Source of the DNA: Candidatus Hodarchaeota archaeon
Lineage (GTDB): Archaea > Asgardarchaeota > Lokiarchaeia > Sigyniarchaeales > SOKP01
Reading direction: 5' to 3'
NCBI GenBank assembly: GCA_048886685.1
Contig: JBHLKM010000012.1
Span: forward strand, 577-64,576
DNA: 64,000 nucleotides
Both the position numbers and the translations under genes were made by a program. The stretch's first letter is position 1; each line of letters opens with the position of its first letter. Below are positions 8,348-17,378 of this stretch, one piece after another. Below the pieces are notes generated by a model. That model ran no database searches. It had not been told where the DNA came from and was given only the letters and a program-made list of their open reading frames with translations.

Positions 8348-10276
8348 ATGCCAGGATTAGTTAATGAAAAATTAGAAAATATGAACCAGCTTTTTATCGA
8401 AGGTTTATACTTAAAAATTCGTGACTCTATAGTTGATTTCGAGCAAAGAGAAGATCTTACCCCTGAAGATCGATTATCTTGTTATCTTCTCAAGAGTAAC
8501 CTTTATTATGAGCTTGGTGAACACACTGATGCTCTCAAATTCGCTGAACAGGCGTGCAGTTTGAGCCAAGAACTAGGATTAAAAACTTTATTGATCGATA
8601 GTTATATTTCCAAAGCTTGGGCTTTATTGGAATTAAGAGATTTTGATTTAGTTTTGGAATCAATTTTAAAAGGTGAGGAATTACTCAAGAATCTTACTAT
8701 AGAACCACAGTTAGAGTTTGCAAAAAGAGATGCTCTTTTGAAATTAGTCAAAAGTGCACTTTATGTTTATAAAAGCGGCAATATAGATAAAGCTTTAGAA
8801 TATGGGGGAGAAGGTCTAAAAATATCAGAGGAATATGACAATAAAAAGGAACTCGCGCTAGCTTTGCAACTTAACAGTTTATATTATTTAATAGCTGGTA
8901 ATTTAGATCTATCGTTGGAATATCTAGAGGAATGTCTAAAAGTCCAGAAAACTTACCGTAAACGGGATGACTGGTTGATCTTTAAAGATCTTGGTGTATT
9001 ACATGGCATAAAAGGTGAGTTAAACATTGCCCTTGAGTATACTAAGCAGAGTTTAGCACTTGCTGAAGAAATAGGCAATAAAAATTTCATCGGACAATGC
9101 ATTAACAATTCAGCATTAATATACCGACAAAAGGGGGATCTAGATCTAGCTATGGAAGCTCTAGAGCGAAATATTACGATTTGGGAAGAGCTTGACAATA
9201 AAAGGAATTTGATGGGTGGTTTAGATTCTCTATTTATTGTTTGCTTGGATGTTAATTCCATCAGACGAGCACAACAGTATTTAATGCGTATGCAGCAAAT
9301 CAATGAACAAGTAAAAGATAAGGGGTATGATGTGGCATGTCGTGTAAATAAAGCATTAATGTTAAAAATGAGTCCAAATTCTCTCGATCTTGAAAAAGCT
9401 AAAGAAATACTTCAACAGATTGTTGAAGAGGAAATTATTAATTGGGAATTCACTGAACGTGCACTCCTTCACTTGTGCGAAATTTTCTTACTTGAGCTAC
9501 ATACATACGATAATCAGGAAGTATTGAGTGATATAAATCTCCTAATCAATCGATTGCAAGAATATGCTGAATCTCAACACTCAATTCGAATGTTAACAGA
9601 GGTTAATCTCCTACGCGGTAAGTTCGCATTAATTAAAATGAATATGGGACATGCAAGACAATTTTTAACTAGAGCTCAGAGTATAGCTGATGAACATGGG
9701 CTTCACTTATTAGCTAGAACAGTATCAAGTGAACATGATAAGTTATTAGAACAGCTTGAGGAATGGGAGCATCTACGAAGAATTAAAGCTCCTGTGTCGG
9801 AAAGATTAAAAATTGTTGAAATAGACAAAACTCTAGATCATATGATGGGTAAAAAGATGATGGAACCACCAGAAATGGTTGATGAAGATCCTATATTACT
9901 TATAATCATGGATGAAGCTGGGAATGCCTATTTCAACCACAAGTTTATAGAAGATTGGGATCACAGCGACCTCTTTAGCTCTTTTATGTCAGCTTTTAAT
10001 ACTTTCAGTTCTGAAGTCTTCTCAAAAACCATTGATCGTATTAAAATCGGGGAGAATCTTATCTCCATAAATCCAGTTAAACCATTTTTAACTTGCTATG
10101 TCAGTAAGGGACAATCATACCCAGCTATAAAAAAACTGAAGAAATTCTCAGATTCAATCAGAGCTAAATCAGAGATTTGGAAACAATTAAAAAAAGCAGC
10201 TAAGTCTAACCAGGAGTTAAGAGTTAATAATGTACCCCTACTGGGAGATATCGTAAACGAAATTTTCGTTCATTAA
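8348..10276 (+). CDS. TPR-repeat protein with C-terminal longin/roadblock-like domain
   Basis: About 480 aa of TPR-like repeats (ALEYGGEGLKISEEYDNKKELALAL, ALEYTKQSLALAEEIGNKNFIGQC). The C-terminal alpha/beta domain is ILLIIMDEAGNAYFNHKF...LFSSFMSAFNTFSSEVF...LISINPVKPFLTCYVSKG. Paralog of 31429..33393. Confidence 0.5.
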   Translation: MPGLVNEKLENMNQLFIEGLYLKIRDSIVDFEQREDLTPEDRLSCYLLKSNLYYELGEHTDALKFAEQACSLSQELGLKTLLIDSYISKAWALLELRDFDLVLESILKGEELLKNLTIEPQLEFAKRDALLKLVKSALYVYKSGNIDKALEYGGEGLKISEEYDNKKELALALQLNSLYYLIAGNLDLSLEYLEECLKVQKTYRKRDDWLIFKDLGVLHGIKGELNIALEYTKQSLALAEEIGNKNFIGQCINNSALIYRQKGDLDLAMEALERNITIWEELDNKRNLMGGLDSLFIVCLDVNSIRRAQQYLMRMQQINEQVKDKGYDVACRVNKALMLKMSPNSLDLEKAKEILQQIVEEEIINWEFTERALLHLCEIFLLELHTYDNQEVLSDINLLINRLQEYAESQHSIRMLTEVNLLRGKFALIKMNMGHARQFLTRAQSIADEHGLHLLARTVSSEHDKLLEQLEEWEHLRRIKAPVSERLKIVEIDKTLDHMMGKKMMEPPEMVDEDPILLIIMDEAGNAYFNHKFIEDWDHSDLFSSFMSAFNTFSSEVFSKTIDRIKIGENLISINPVKPFLTCYVSKGQSYPAIKKLKKFSDSIRAKSEIWKQLKKAAKSNQELRVNNVPLLGDIVNEIFVH

Positions 10277-10378
10277 TAATTGTTATTGTTCTTATTGAGA
10301 TCTTAGAATTTAGACACTTATATTACCAGAAGAACGTGTTAAACATTATTTTAATTAACCAAAAAATGAAATAAATTA

Positions 10379-11275
10379 CTAAATTATGGTATTCTTTAAC
10401 TTTTCTGCTTCTTCTTTCAAATCAGCACTTTCATACCACTCATTAATTTCACTTATATCCTCAGTTGGATATGAATAGGAATGGTCTAAATCAGGATATT
10501 TACTACTAATTATCTCCTCCTTATAAGCATTTAAAGCATTTCTAATATTCTCTCCAATCTGACCAAAATGTTTTACAAATTTTGGTTTAAATTCCGTGAA
10601 AATTCCTAGCATATCGTAAATAATTATAATTTGGCCATCGCAATATTGTCCGGCCCCTATACCAATAGTTGGGATGTCAATTGTACTCGTTACTAATTTA
10701 GCGATCTGCCATGGAATACCTTCTAAAACAATAGAAAACACTCCAGCATTTTGTAAATTGATAGCATCCATTATTAATTTCTTTGCGGCATCTAGAGTTC
10801 TTCCTTGAACTATATGTCCTCCAAATCTATAAACTTTCTGAGGGGTTAGGCCGATATGTCCCATGACTTCGATGTCGGCATCAATTATCGCTTTTATCGT
10901 AGGTAAAATTTCTGTGCCTCCCTCGACTTTAACAGCTTCAGCCCCTCCCTCTTGAATAAATCTTCCAGCATTATACACAGCATCCCTAATATCTATTTTA
11001 TAAGATAAAAATGGCATGTCACCAACTAATAACGCGTTTGATACACCTCTAGAAACAGCTTTAGTATGATGAATCATTTCCTCCATGGTGACTCCTAAAG
11101 TGTTTTCATGACCAAGAATTACCTGTGAAAGTGAATCCCCAACGAGAATTAAATCAAAACCGCATTGATCGACGATTTTTCCGATGGAATAGTCATAAGC
11201 TGTAATAGTGACTATTTTTTCTCCCTTGTGCTTTTTCTCAATAATTTTTTTAGTAGTCATTTTTTGTAATGACAT
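10379..11275 (-). CDS. panB: 3-methyl-2-oxobutanoate hydroxymethyltransferase
   Basis: ITAYDYSIGKIVDQCGFDLILVGDSLSQVILGHENTLGVTMEEMIHHTKAV and VKVEGG motifs are typical of PanB. Confidence 0.9.
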   Translation of the reverse strand: MSLQKMTTKKIIEKKHKGEKIVTITAYDYSIGKIVDQCGFDLILVGDSLSQVILGHENTLGVTMEEMIHHTKAVSRGVSNALLVGDMPFLSYKIDIRDAVYNAGRFIQEGGAEAVKVEGGTEILPTIKAIIDADIEVMGHIGLTPQKVYRFGGHIVQGRTLDAAKKLIMDAINLQNAGVFSIVLEGIPWQIAKLVTSTIDIPTIGIGAGQYCDGQIIIIYDMLGIFTEFKPKFVKHFGQIGENIRNALNAYKEEIISSKYPDLDHSYSYPTEDISEINEWYESADLKEEAEKLKNTII

Positions 11276-11420
11276 TAGTTAAAATAACCTCAGTTTTATG
11301 AAAAGTTTATTATTGTTTATTCTTTTTTTTCAAAAAAATATATAGATTTGGTATAAATTATATAAATTTCAATATAATTTTAAATTTGGATTTAAAAATC
11401 TGGTTCATATTAAAATTTTA

Positions 11421-11693
11421 CTAAAAAGTGAAGTAAAATGAATACAAAATATGATCCTTGCTTTCCACCTTAATTAATTGACCTATTGCTTCCAATTTTT
11501 CTTTACATGAAATCTCATCTTTAGAATAAATAACAATCTGGTGACCATCATCTAAATCAAAATAAATCATATACGGGTGAGACTCAACAAAAGTAGTAAG
11601 ATGTTGCCAGATTTCCTCAGCAATTTTTCCAATAATCTTGACTTCGTTTCCCAAATTACTTTCAAAGTCAAAATAGTTGGTAATTTTGACCAT
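11421..11693 (-). CDS. hypothetical protein
   Basis: 90-aa ORF in an otherwise non-coding gap. No recognisable motif. Confidence 0.3.
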   Translation of the reverse strand: MVKITNYFDFESNLGNEVKIIGKIAEEIWQHLTTFVESHPYMIYFDLDDGHQIVIYSKDEISCKEKLEAIGQLIKVESKDHILYSFYFTF

Positions 11694-11820
11694 AATTGTG
11701 TTAAATTAAGAATCTTTAACTTATAATTTGATTCATTATTAGGTTAATTTATTACCATTCAATATTTCTTAATAATTCGATACAGAAAACCATTTATAGG
11801 ATCAACGGATATAAATTTCC

Positions 11821-12309
11821 TTATTTCTGAGATACCTTCTTCTCGAATTCATAAATAGTTGAGCCAAAAAAATCACCAGTTTTACCCGTCTCGTTAAATC
11901 CCTGTTTTCTATAGAAATTTTGAGCTCTTTTTAATATTTCTGTAGTATCCAACGTTAAAAATGTACACCCCTGAGAAAGAGCATCCTTTTCTACTTCTTT
12001 TAATAAAGCAGCAGCAGGGCTATTTTTACCTTGAAACTTAGGATGCACTGCCATTCCCCGTATGTGTCCCTCATTTTCACTAAGCCTTTTCCACCCAATT
12101 GTTCCTATTATTATACCATTTTGATTTATCGCAATATAAATCTCCATATCCTTCATGCGGTCTAAGGCTGCCTGTTCAGACATAACAGTGTTAGCAAAAC
12201 CCTCTAGAGAATAAAAATGCCTAAATTCTTCAAAAGCTGCTGATAAAACCTCATGGATCCCTTTAGCATCTTTAGGCTGAGCTTTCCTAATTATATATTC
12301 CCTTTTCAT
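11821..12309 (-). CDS. GNAT family N-acetyltransferase
   Basis: 162 aa. Acetyl-CoA binding segment (IRGMAVHPKFQGKNSPAAALL) and C-terminal FYRKQGF are typical of the GNAT fold. Confidence 0.8.
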   Translation of the reverse strand: MKREYIIRKAQPKDAKGIHEVLSAAFEEFRHFYSLEGFANTVMSEQAALDRMKDMEIYIAINQNGIIIGTIGWKRLSENEGHIRGMAVHPKFQGKNSPAAALLKEVEKDALSQGCTFLTLDTTEILKRAQNFYRKQGFNETGKTGDFFGSTIYEFEKKVSQK

Positions 12310-12330
12310 CTATATAATATTAAACTAAGC

Positions 12331-13419
12331 TTAATACAATAATTGAGACTTGAGAGGGTAAGTACCCCATTTCTTTATTGCCTTTGGTATTGTCATAATG
12401 TTATTAAGTGAAACACCCCATGGCAAACAACAGATTGGGCCAACGGCATACCTGCCCCCATAAGCTAGATGCCTAATGTTTTCTTTTACTTTTTCCTCGA
12501 CATCTAAAGCTGTACCATTTAATAATTCCCTACTCACATCTATGTTTGCTCCAATTATCGTTACATTCGGATGATTCTCTTTAAATTTCACCCAATATTC
12601 AATATTTAGCGGATGTGAGCCATTAACAGCCGATATATCAAGATTATTACACATCTCATCAAAGTAAGGTGTGGTTCCACAGTTATGAAGTACTATTCGA
12701 GCTTTAGTCTCATTCTGTAATCTTTTAATGAATTGTCCCTCATACCGCATTGCATCCTCAAAACTCATCATATGTTTATTAAAAGCATATCCCGTAAAGA
12801 ATATAGTCCCACTAGGACCAACTCTTTCATTAAAGAAATTGTATAAATCCATCTGAGATTGATACACCTTTTCACATAATTGTAGCAATAAATCTGGATT
12901 CTTTCTCATATCTCTAAAAGCCTGCGTTCCCCTCAATTGCTGAACAACAGACCAGATACCTAGTGCACAACTCGGTGGAAATTTCGTCTTTTCTCGAATA
13001 AAATTTATAGCAGAGATGCAAGTATCCCAAAGTGATATCTTACTATGATCTGGAATTTCTAGTCTTTCAATATCTTCCTCAGATTTACAGATAGCGCCCT
13101 GTTCAACCATAAATACCTTATAATCAGACCATTTTATTACCCTTTCTTTATCATTAGATTCTGCGAAAGCTAAAGCTTCAGCTGGACCTGCGTAAGCAGT
13201 AGGTATTGCAAGAGTATCAGCCTTTAAAAATTCATAAGTCTTTATAGCAGCGTTTCCATAAGTTTTAGGTGAGGATATGAGTTCTCGATAAGTTTTCCCC
13301 GATATACGGCAGATCATTTCTTCACACGCAAGAGGAAAAAAAGGCACACGATCAATATTAGGGGAACCCATAAAAGTTCCCAATAATCTTCTCATAGATG
13401 CTTCCCAATCATGGGGCAA
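12331..13419 (-). CDS. uroporphyrinogen decarboxylase (URO-D) family methyltransferase, MtaA/CmuA-like
   Basis: 362 aa with URO-D family length and pattern. Starts 2 nt after the upstream corrinoid protein gene, indicating co-transcription. Confidence 0.6.
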   Translation of the reverse strand: MPHDWEASMRRLLGTFMGSPNIDRVPFFPLACEEMICRISGKTYRELISSPKTYGNAAIKTYEFLKADTLAIPTAYAGPAEALAFAESNDKERVIKWSDYKVFMVEQGAICKSEEDIERLEIPDHSKISLWDTCISAINFIREKTKFPPSCALGIWSVVQQLRGTQAFRDMRKNPDLLLQLCEKVYQSQMDLYNFFNERVGPSGTIFFTGYAFNKHMMSFEDAMRYEGQFIKRLQNETKARIVLHNCGTTPYFDEMCNNLDISAVNGSHPLNIEYWVKFKENHPNVTIIGANIDVSRELLNGTALDVEEKVKENIRHLAYGGRYAVGPICCLPWGVSLNNIMTIPKAIKKWGTYPLKSQLLY

Positions 13420-13420
13420 C

Positions 13421-14062
13421 TTAATTAGCCTCCACTAGATCTTTTATCAATTTTACACCTTCCCATCCATCTTTGGCCCAAGCATCAGCACCGATATGTT
13501 TACAAGATTCTTCAGAAAGTATGCCTCCACCTACTATTATTTTAGCCTTAATTCCCTTTCTTTTAAGCATAGTAATGGTTTCTATCATTTTAGAAATTGT
13601 CATGGTTAGTAGTCCACTTATTCCAATAATGTCTGGATTCTCATTCATTGCTACTTCGACAAATTTTTCAGGAGGAACATCCACTCCTAAATCTATTACA
13701 TCAAATCCTTGCCCTTGCAATAGGGCAACAACAAGACTTTTACCTATATCGTGAATGTCTCCCTCAGGTGTACCAATTACTATCTTTCCAAGTGATTTAT
13801 GTTTTCCCTCTATTAATTTCGGTTTAATAACATCCATGCAATCAATCATAGTATCTGCTGCTAAGAGCATATCGGCTAGAAAGAACTCATCTTTCTCATA
13901 TTTTAAGCCGACCTTTTCAGCACTGCTAATTATAGCTTCATTTAATATCAGCTTCGGATCGATATTCATGTCTAATGCTTTATTAACATAATTTATTGCT
14001 TTTTCCGATTTTCCTTCAACTATACTATTTCGTACCTTTTCTAAAATTCCACGATCGTTCAA
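13421..14062 (-). CDS. corrinoid (B12-binding) protein, MtaC/MtbC-like
   Basis: N-terminal helical cap plus Rossmann B12-binding domain with DxHxxG (GDIHDIGKSLV) and downstream GLSGLL-type segment (IGISGLLTMT). Confidence 0.85.
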   Translation of the reverse strand: MNDRGILEKVRNSIVEGKSEKAINYVNKALDMNIDPKLILNEAIISSAEKVGLKYEKDEFFLADMLLAADTMIDCMDVIKPKLIEGKHKSLGKIVIGTPEGDIHDIGKSLVVALLQGQGFDVIDLGVDVPPEKFVEVAMNENPDIIGISGLLTMTISKMIETITMLKRKGIKAKIIVGGGILSEESCKHIGADAWAKDGWEGVKLIKDLVEAN

Positions 14063-14152
14063 AATTATTATTCACACTGTCTACAAGAAATAATATTCTT
14101 ATAAAGACCAGTTTTCATAAAAGGTTTACTAATAACAAAATAAAAAAAAAGT

Positions 14153-14398
14153 TTATGCTTTCTCGATCTTTAAATAATAGTTTTTTCCATCGACTTTGAA
14201 ATCTAACAATTTATCCTGATGCTTTTCTATGTACCTTTTTATATTCTGTCCTGCTTCTGCGTAATCACCAAATATTTCAAGCACATCTCCACTATTCATT
14301 TCAAGAAGTTGTCTTTTGGTTTTTGCCACTGGCATTGGACATACAAGTCCAGAACAATCTAGCTTTTGTGTATTTGTTATTTTATTTATCAACTCCAT
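14153..14398 (-). CDS. TusA/SirA-like sulfurtransferase
   Basis: 81 aa with the CPxP motif (LDCSGLVCPMPVAKTK). Directly abuts the DsrE-like gene. Confidence 0.8.
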   Translation of the reverse strand: MELINKITNTQKLDCSGLVCPMPVAKTKRQLLEMNSGDVLEIFGDYAEAGQNIKRYIEKHQDKLLDFKVDGKNYYLKIEKA

Positions 14399-14746
14399 TT
14401 AACTAAAAATAACATTATCAGCTTGTTCGCACATTTCAACTAAGCCATTCATAGTGGTTTTTTCTATACCTTCTATTAGTTCAACCTCGGTTAATCCTCT
14501 TGCTTTCATACAAACTCCACAAGCTTTGACATTTGCTCCTTCAGATATGATATCCTTCATCCACTTTCCGATATTATCATATGTAGTTGGATCTTGGTTT
14601 TTTTTCCCAATAAAGATTCCATCCTCGACTAAAAATATATTTACTTTATGTTCTTCCAATAGAGCAGTGTAAGCAAATCGTAACATTGTATAGGGACGCT
14701 CTTTAGTGTACGGACCATCACCTATTATAATTGTAAAGGTCTTCAT
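14399..14746 (-). CDS. DsrE/DsrF-like sulfur relay family protein
   Basis: 115 aa. MKTFTIIIGDGPY...VNIFLVEDGIF...ACGVCMKARG is typical of the DsrE fold. Confidence 0.7.
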   Translation of the reverse strand: MKTFTIIIGDGPYTKERPYTMLRFAYTALLEEHKVNIFLVEDGIFIGKKNQDPTTYDNIGKWMKDIISEGANVKACGVCMKARGLTEVELIEGIEKTTMNGLVEMCEQADNVIFS

Positions 14747-14899
14747 TATCTTTCTAAATTTTAATTCGAACTGTAATTACAGAAAACCTTAAAGATTTAT
14801 TAATTTTTTCGTAATGATTTATCAAAAAAATCGATAAATAAAAATAGATTAATAATCTAATATTATTCAGAATTAGATATTTTATAGGCGATCTAAGAA

Positions 14900-15799
14900 T
14901 TGAATATTGAATACTTGAGGAACTTTATCAAATTAACTAAATATAAAAGTTTTTCCAAATTAGCAGAAGAACTCCCTATTTCTCAAAGCACATTGTCACA
15001 TCAAATAACACAGTTGGAAAAAAATTTTGGTGATGTGGTTTTAATTAATAGATCAACAAAAAAATTCGAATTGACAAGGGCAGGAAAACTTCTTTTAGAA
15101 CACGCTGAACAGATAATAGATTTGTATGATAATTGTAAATTAGAGATTGCAAAATTTGAGGATAGAATGCAAGAAGATATTATTATTTCTGCTTCTACTA
15201 TACCTGGTTCCCATATTTTACCAAAATACATAGCAGATTTTCGGAGTAAAAACATAAATGCAAATTTTAAAATACTAATTAATAATTCTAAGAAATCTCT
15301 TGAAAATTTAAAGAATGGGGTGGTTGATTTCGCGGGGATTGGTAGTTTTATGAGTTATAATAAGGATGATTTTGATTATATCAAAATTGGGGAAGATGAA
15401 TTTAGATTCATATGTTCTCCTAATCATGATTTAATAAAGCAAGGAAATTTAGTTGATTTTAATGACCTTATCAAATACCCTTTTGTTTGGAGAGAAAAAG
15501 GTTCTGGAATGAGGAATACATTCGAAATACAGTTTCCTAATTATAAAGAATTAAATATTGAACTTGAAATAAATGATAACGACTCTATTATTTCAACTGT
15601 AAGTGAGTCTAATTATATCAGTATAATGAGTGAAATTATGGCTGATAAAGCAGAATCAGCAGGATTAGTAACATCATTGAAAATAAAGAATCATCCCATC
15701 ATAGCAGAGAGGGCGCTCTATTTTGTTAAATTAAAAAAAAAGGAATTAAGCAAATTACAAAAGAAATTTTGGAATGAACTAAAATCTCAAGTTAGATAA
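14900..15799 (+). CDS. LysR family transcriptional regulator
   Basis: N-terminal wHTH (FSKLAEELPISQSTLSHQITQLEKNFG) plus a C-terminal substrate-binding domain. TTG start. Divergent from the DsrE/TusA pair. Confidence 0.85.
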   Translation: MNIEYLRNFIKLTKYKSFSKLAEELPISQSTLSHQITQLEKNFGDVVLINRSTKKFELTRAGKLLLEHAEQIIDLYDNCKLEIAKFEDRMQEDIIISASTIPGSHILPKYIADFRSKNINANFKILINNSKKSLENLKNGVVDFAGIGSFMSYNKDDFDYIKIGEDEFRFICSPNHDLIKQGNLVDFNDLIKYPFVWREKGSGMRNTFEIQFPNYKELNIELEINDNDSIISTVSESNYISIMSEIMADKAESAGLVTSLKIKNHPIIAERALYFVKLKKKELSKLQKKFWNELKSQVR

Positions 15800-15830
15800 A
15801 ATAAAAAATAAGAAAAAAACTAAAGAACTC

Positions 15831-17225
15831 TTATTTTATCAGAACACCTGCTTGATCGAAATTAAGGAATGCACTAATTTTTTCTTTAAGCGGGTATATA
15901 CCTTCTTTCAGAAGTGTATATAAGAAAATCACAATGAAAACGATTGACCCTAAACCGGGAGCAAATCCACTTAAATAATCCATAAAAGTAGATGAGGGAT
16001 CAACAGAGAGTAGCATATAAGCTAAAGAAATTCCAGCTATTAAAATTGATATAAAAGAGATTATTACAGCAGTTTTTTTACTAATATTCAAATGAATTGG
16101 ACCTAGTTCAAGGCGGAAATATTTAGGCTGCACTATTATTGATAAGATTGTATGGCTAATTATTTTCTCTTCAAATTCTATATATACATTTAAGAATCGT
16201 CTCTCACTTTCTTTCTTTTTCTTTCTCTCTTTCTTCGATTTTATTGGCATTATTGAAAAAATCATAACTGGAGGATTAACCGCATCCTTTTTTACTTCAA
16301 CTTTCCCAAAAATAGGATGGACCTCGAATCCTTCTCCCTCAATTTTTAAATCTAACACGGGAGGTTCTTCTTTAGTAGTAACAATCTTGACTGTAGTTTT
16401 ATATACGGTTTTCCCTTCCTCATCAACAATTTTCAATTCTTGATGAGAGAAATATACGTAAAATAGATAACTCCGTTGTTCCATCATGACAGAATAATAT
16501 TGAAGGCCCATATTAATCTCATAAACAATGGGTTGAGGCTCCTCAGGGATAATGATGGATGGTTCTGCTCTTGCGGGGGCACCAGCGCTAGGGCCTCCAA
16601 GTGTATCTGCAGGAGGTGCTGTTGCTGCTGGTTTTGGGGTAGGTGGAGCGGCAGCGCCAGGAGGTGGAGGTGGAGCCATTGATCTAGCTTTCTTTTTGGC
16701 TTTTGTAGCTTCTTTTTCTCTCACCACTTCTTTTTTACTTGTATCATCAAATTCAACGGCTTTTTCTTCCTCAAACTTCATTGCTCCATATTCAGTATCT
16801 TCTGAAACTGTAGAAACTCTTGCAAGTTCATCAGCGAGGAGTTCCTCTTCTTCGGCTTCCCAAGGTTCTTCCTCAATTTCAAATATGTCTTTATCTCTTC
16901 TCATAGGTTTACGTTTTTCTGAAACTTTTTCTTCTTTTTTCTCAATTTTCTCTCTCCTTGATATTTTTAAACGGTGTAATTTTTCAGATTCAGAAATAAT
17001 ACTTCCTGTTACAAAATCTACAAAATAAATACTACTCCGATCTATTTGAACTTCTCCCAAAGAAGCATAAAGGTCATCAAGAATTTTACTTATCCTCGCA
17101 GATTTCTTGTATATCCCTACAAACATAAAATCTAATACTTGTATAGATAACACATTAGACTTCTTATTATATGAAACCCTATTGGTTGGAATTTCAATAC
17201 TTGAAAGATCTTTTACTGTTTCCAA
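15831..17225 (-). CDS. hypothetical membrane-anchored protein with charged coil and Pro/Ala-rich linker
   Basis: 464 aa. K/E-rich segment, then MAPPPPPGAAAPPTPKPAATAPPADTLGGPSAGAPARAEP encoded by a locally GC-rich stretch, then a beta-rich domain and C-terminal hydrophobic helices. Confidence 0.5.
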   Translation of the reverse strand: METVKDLSSIEIPTNRVSYNKKSNVLSIQVLDFMFVGIYKKSARISKILDDLYASLGEVQIDRSSIYFVDFVTGSIISESEKLHRLKISRREKIEKKEEKVSEKRKPMRRDKDIFEIEEEPWEAEEEELLADELARVSTVSEDTEYGAMKFEEEKAVEFDDTSKKEVVREKEATKAKKKARSMAPPPPPGAAAPPTPKPAATAPPADTLGGPSAGAPARAEPSIIIPEEPQPIVYEINMGLQYYSVMMEQRSYLFYVYFSHQELKIVDEEGKTVYKTTVKIVTTKEEPPVLDLKIEGEGFEVHPIFGKVEVKKDAVNPPVMIFSIMPIKSKKERKKKKESERRFLNVYIEFEEKIISHTILSIIVQPKYFRLELGPIHLNISKKTAVIISFISILIAGISLAYMLLSVDPSSTFMDYLSGFAPGLGSIVFIVIFLYTLLKEGIYPLKEKISAFLNFDQAGVLIK

Positions 17226-17378
17226 TTTCTAATTTACCTCTTTTCTTAATTTCGTGAAATTTATATTAAATTTCTTAATTTTAATAATTTTCCTCTATTT
17301 AGTTTTTATATTGAAATTATTAATAATATAATTATCTCCCTATTTATATTAGTTAGTAGTCGATTTTTTCTAAAATTA

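Noticed and set aside
12331-13419. Looked for an in-frame TAG (pyrrolysine) in the corrinoid-dependent methyltransferase.
   Set aside because: The ORF is uninterrupted and of URO-D (MtaA-like) type, not the MtmB/MtbB/MttB type that uses pyrrolysine.
8953-14672. Antisense ORFs 8953..9303-, 13473..13754+, 13755..13991+, 13996..14199+ and 14454..14672+. Similar short shadow ORFs occur elsewhere (15001..15255-, 18701..18907-, 21166..21393-, 24246..24452-, 25585..25919-, 26366..26551+, 28669..28962+, 30254..30487+, 31785..31982+, 32793..32996+, 37785..37973+, 41291..41572+, 41967..42149+, 42749..43003+, 43166..43360-, 44437..44640+, 46349..46543+, 49906..50118+, 53184..53504-, 54053..54280+, 56323..56544-, 56862..57056-).
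   Set aside because: Each lies entirely within a longer ORF on the opposite strand or in another frame, and that longer ORF has recognisable family motifs.
16476-17028. Plus-strand ORFs (68 and 158 aa) with Gly/Ala/Ser-rich translation.
   Set aside because: They are the antisense reading of the GC-rich Pro/Ala-rich and K/E-rich segments of 15831..17225. The minus-strand ORF is far longer and has coherent domain structure.
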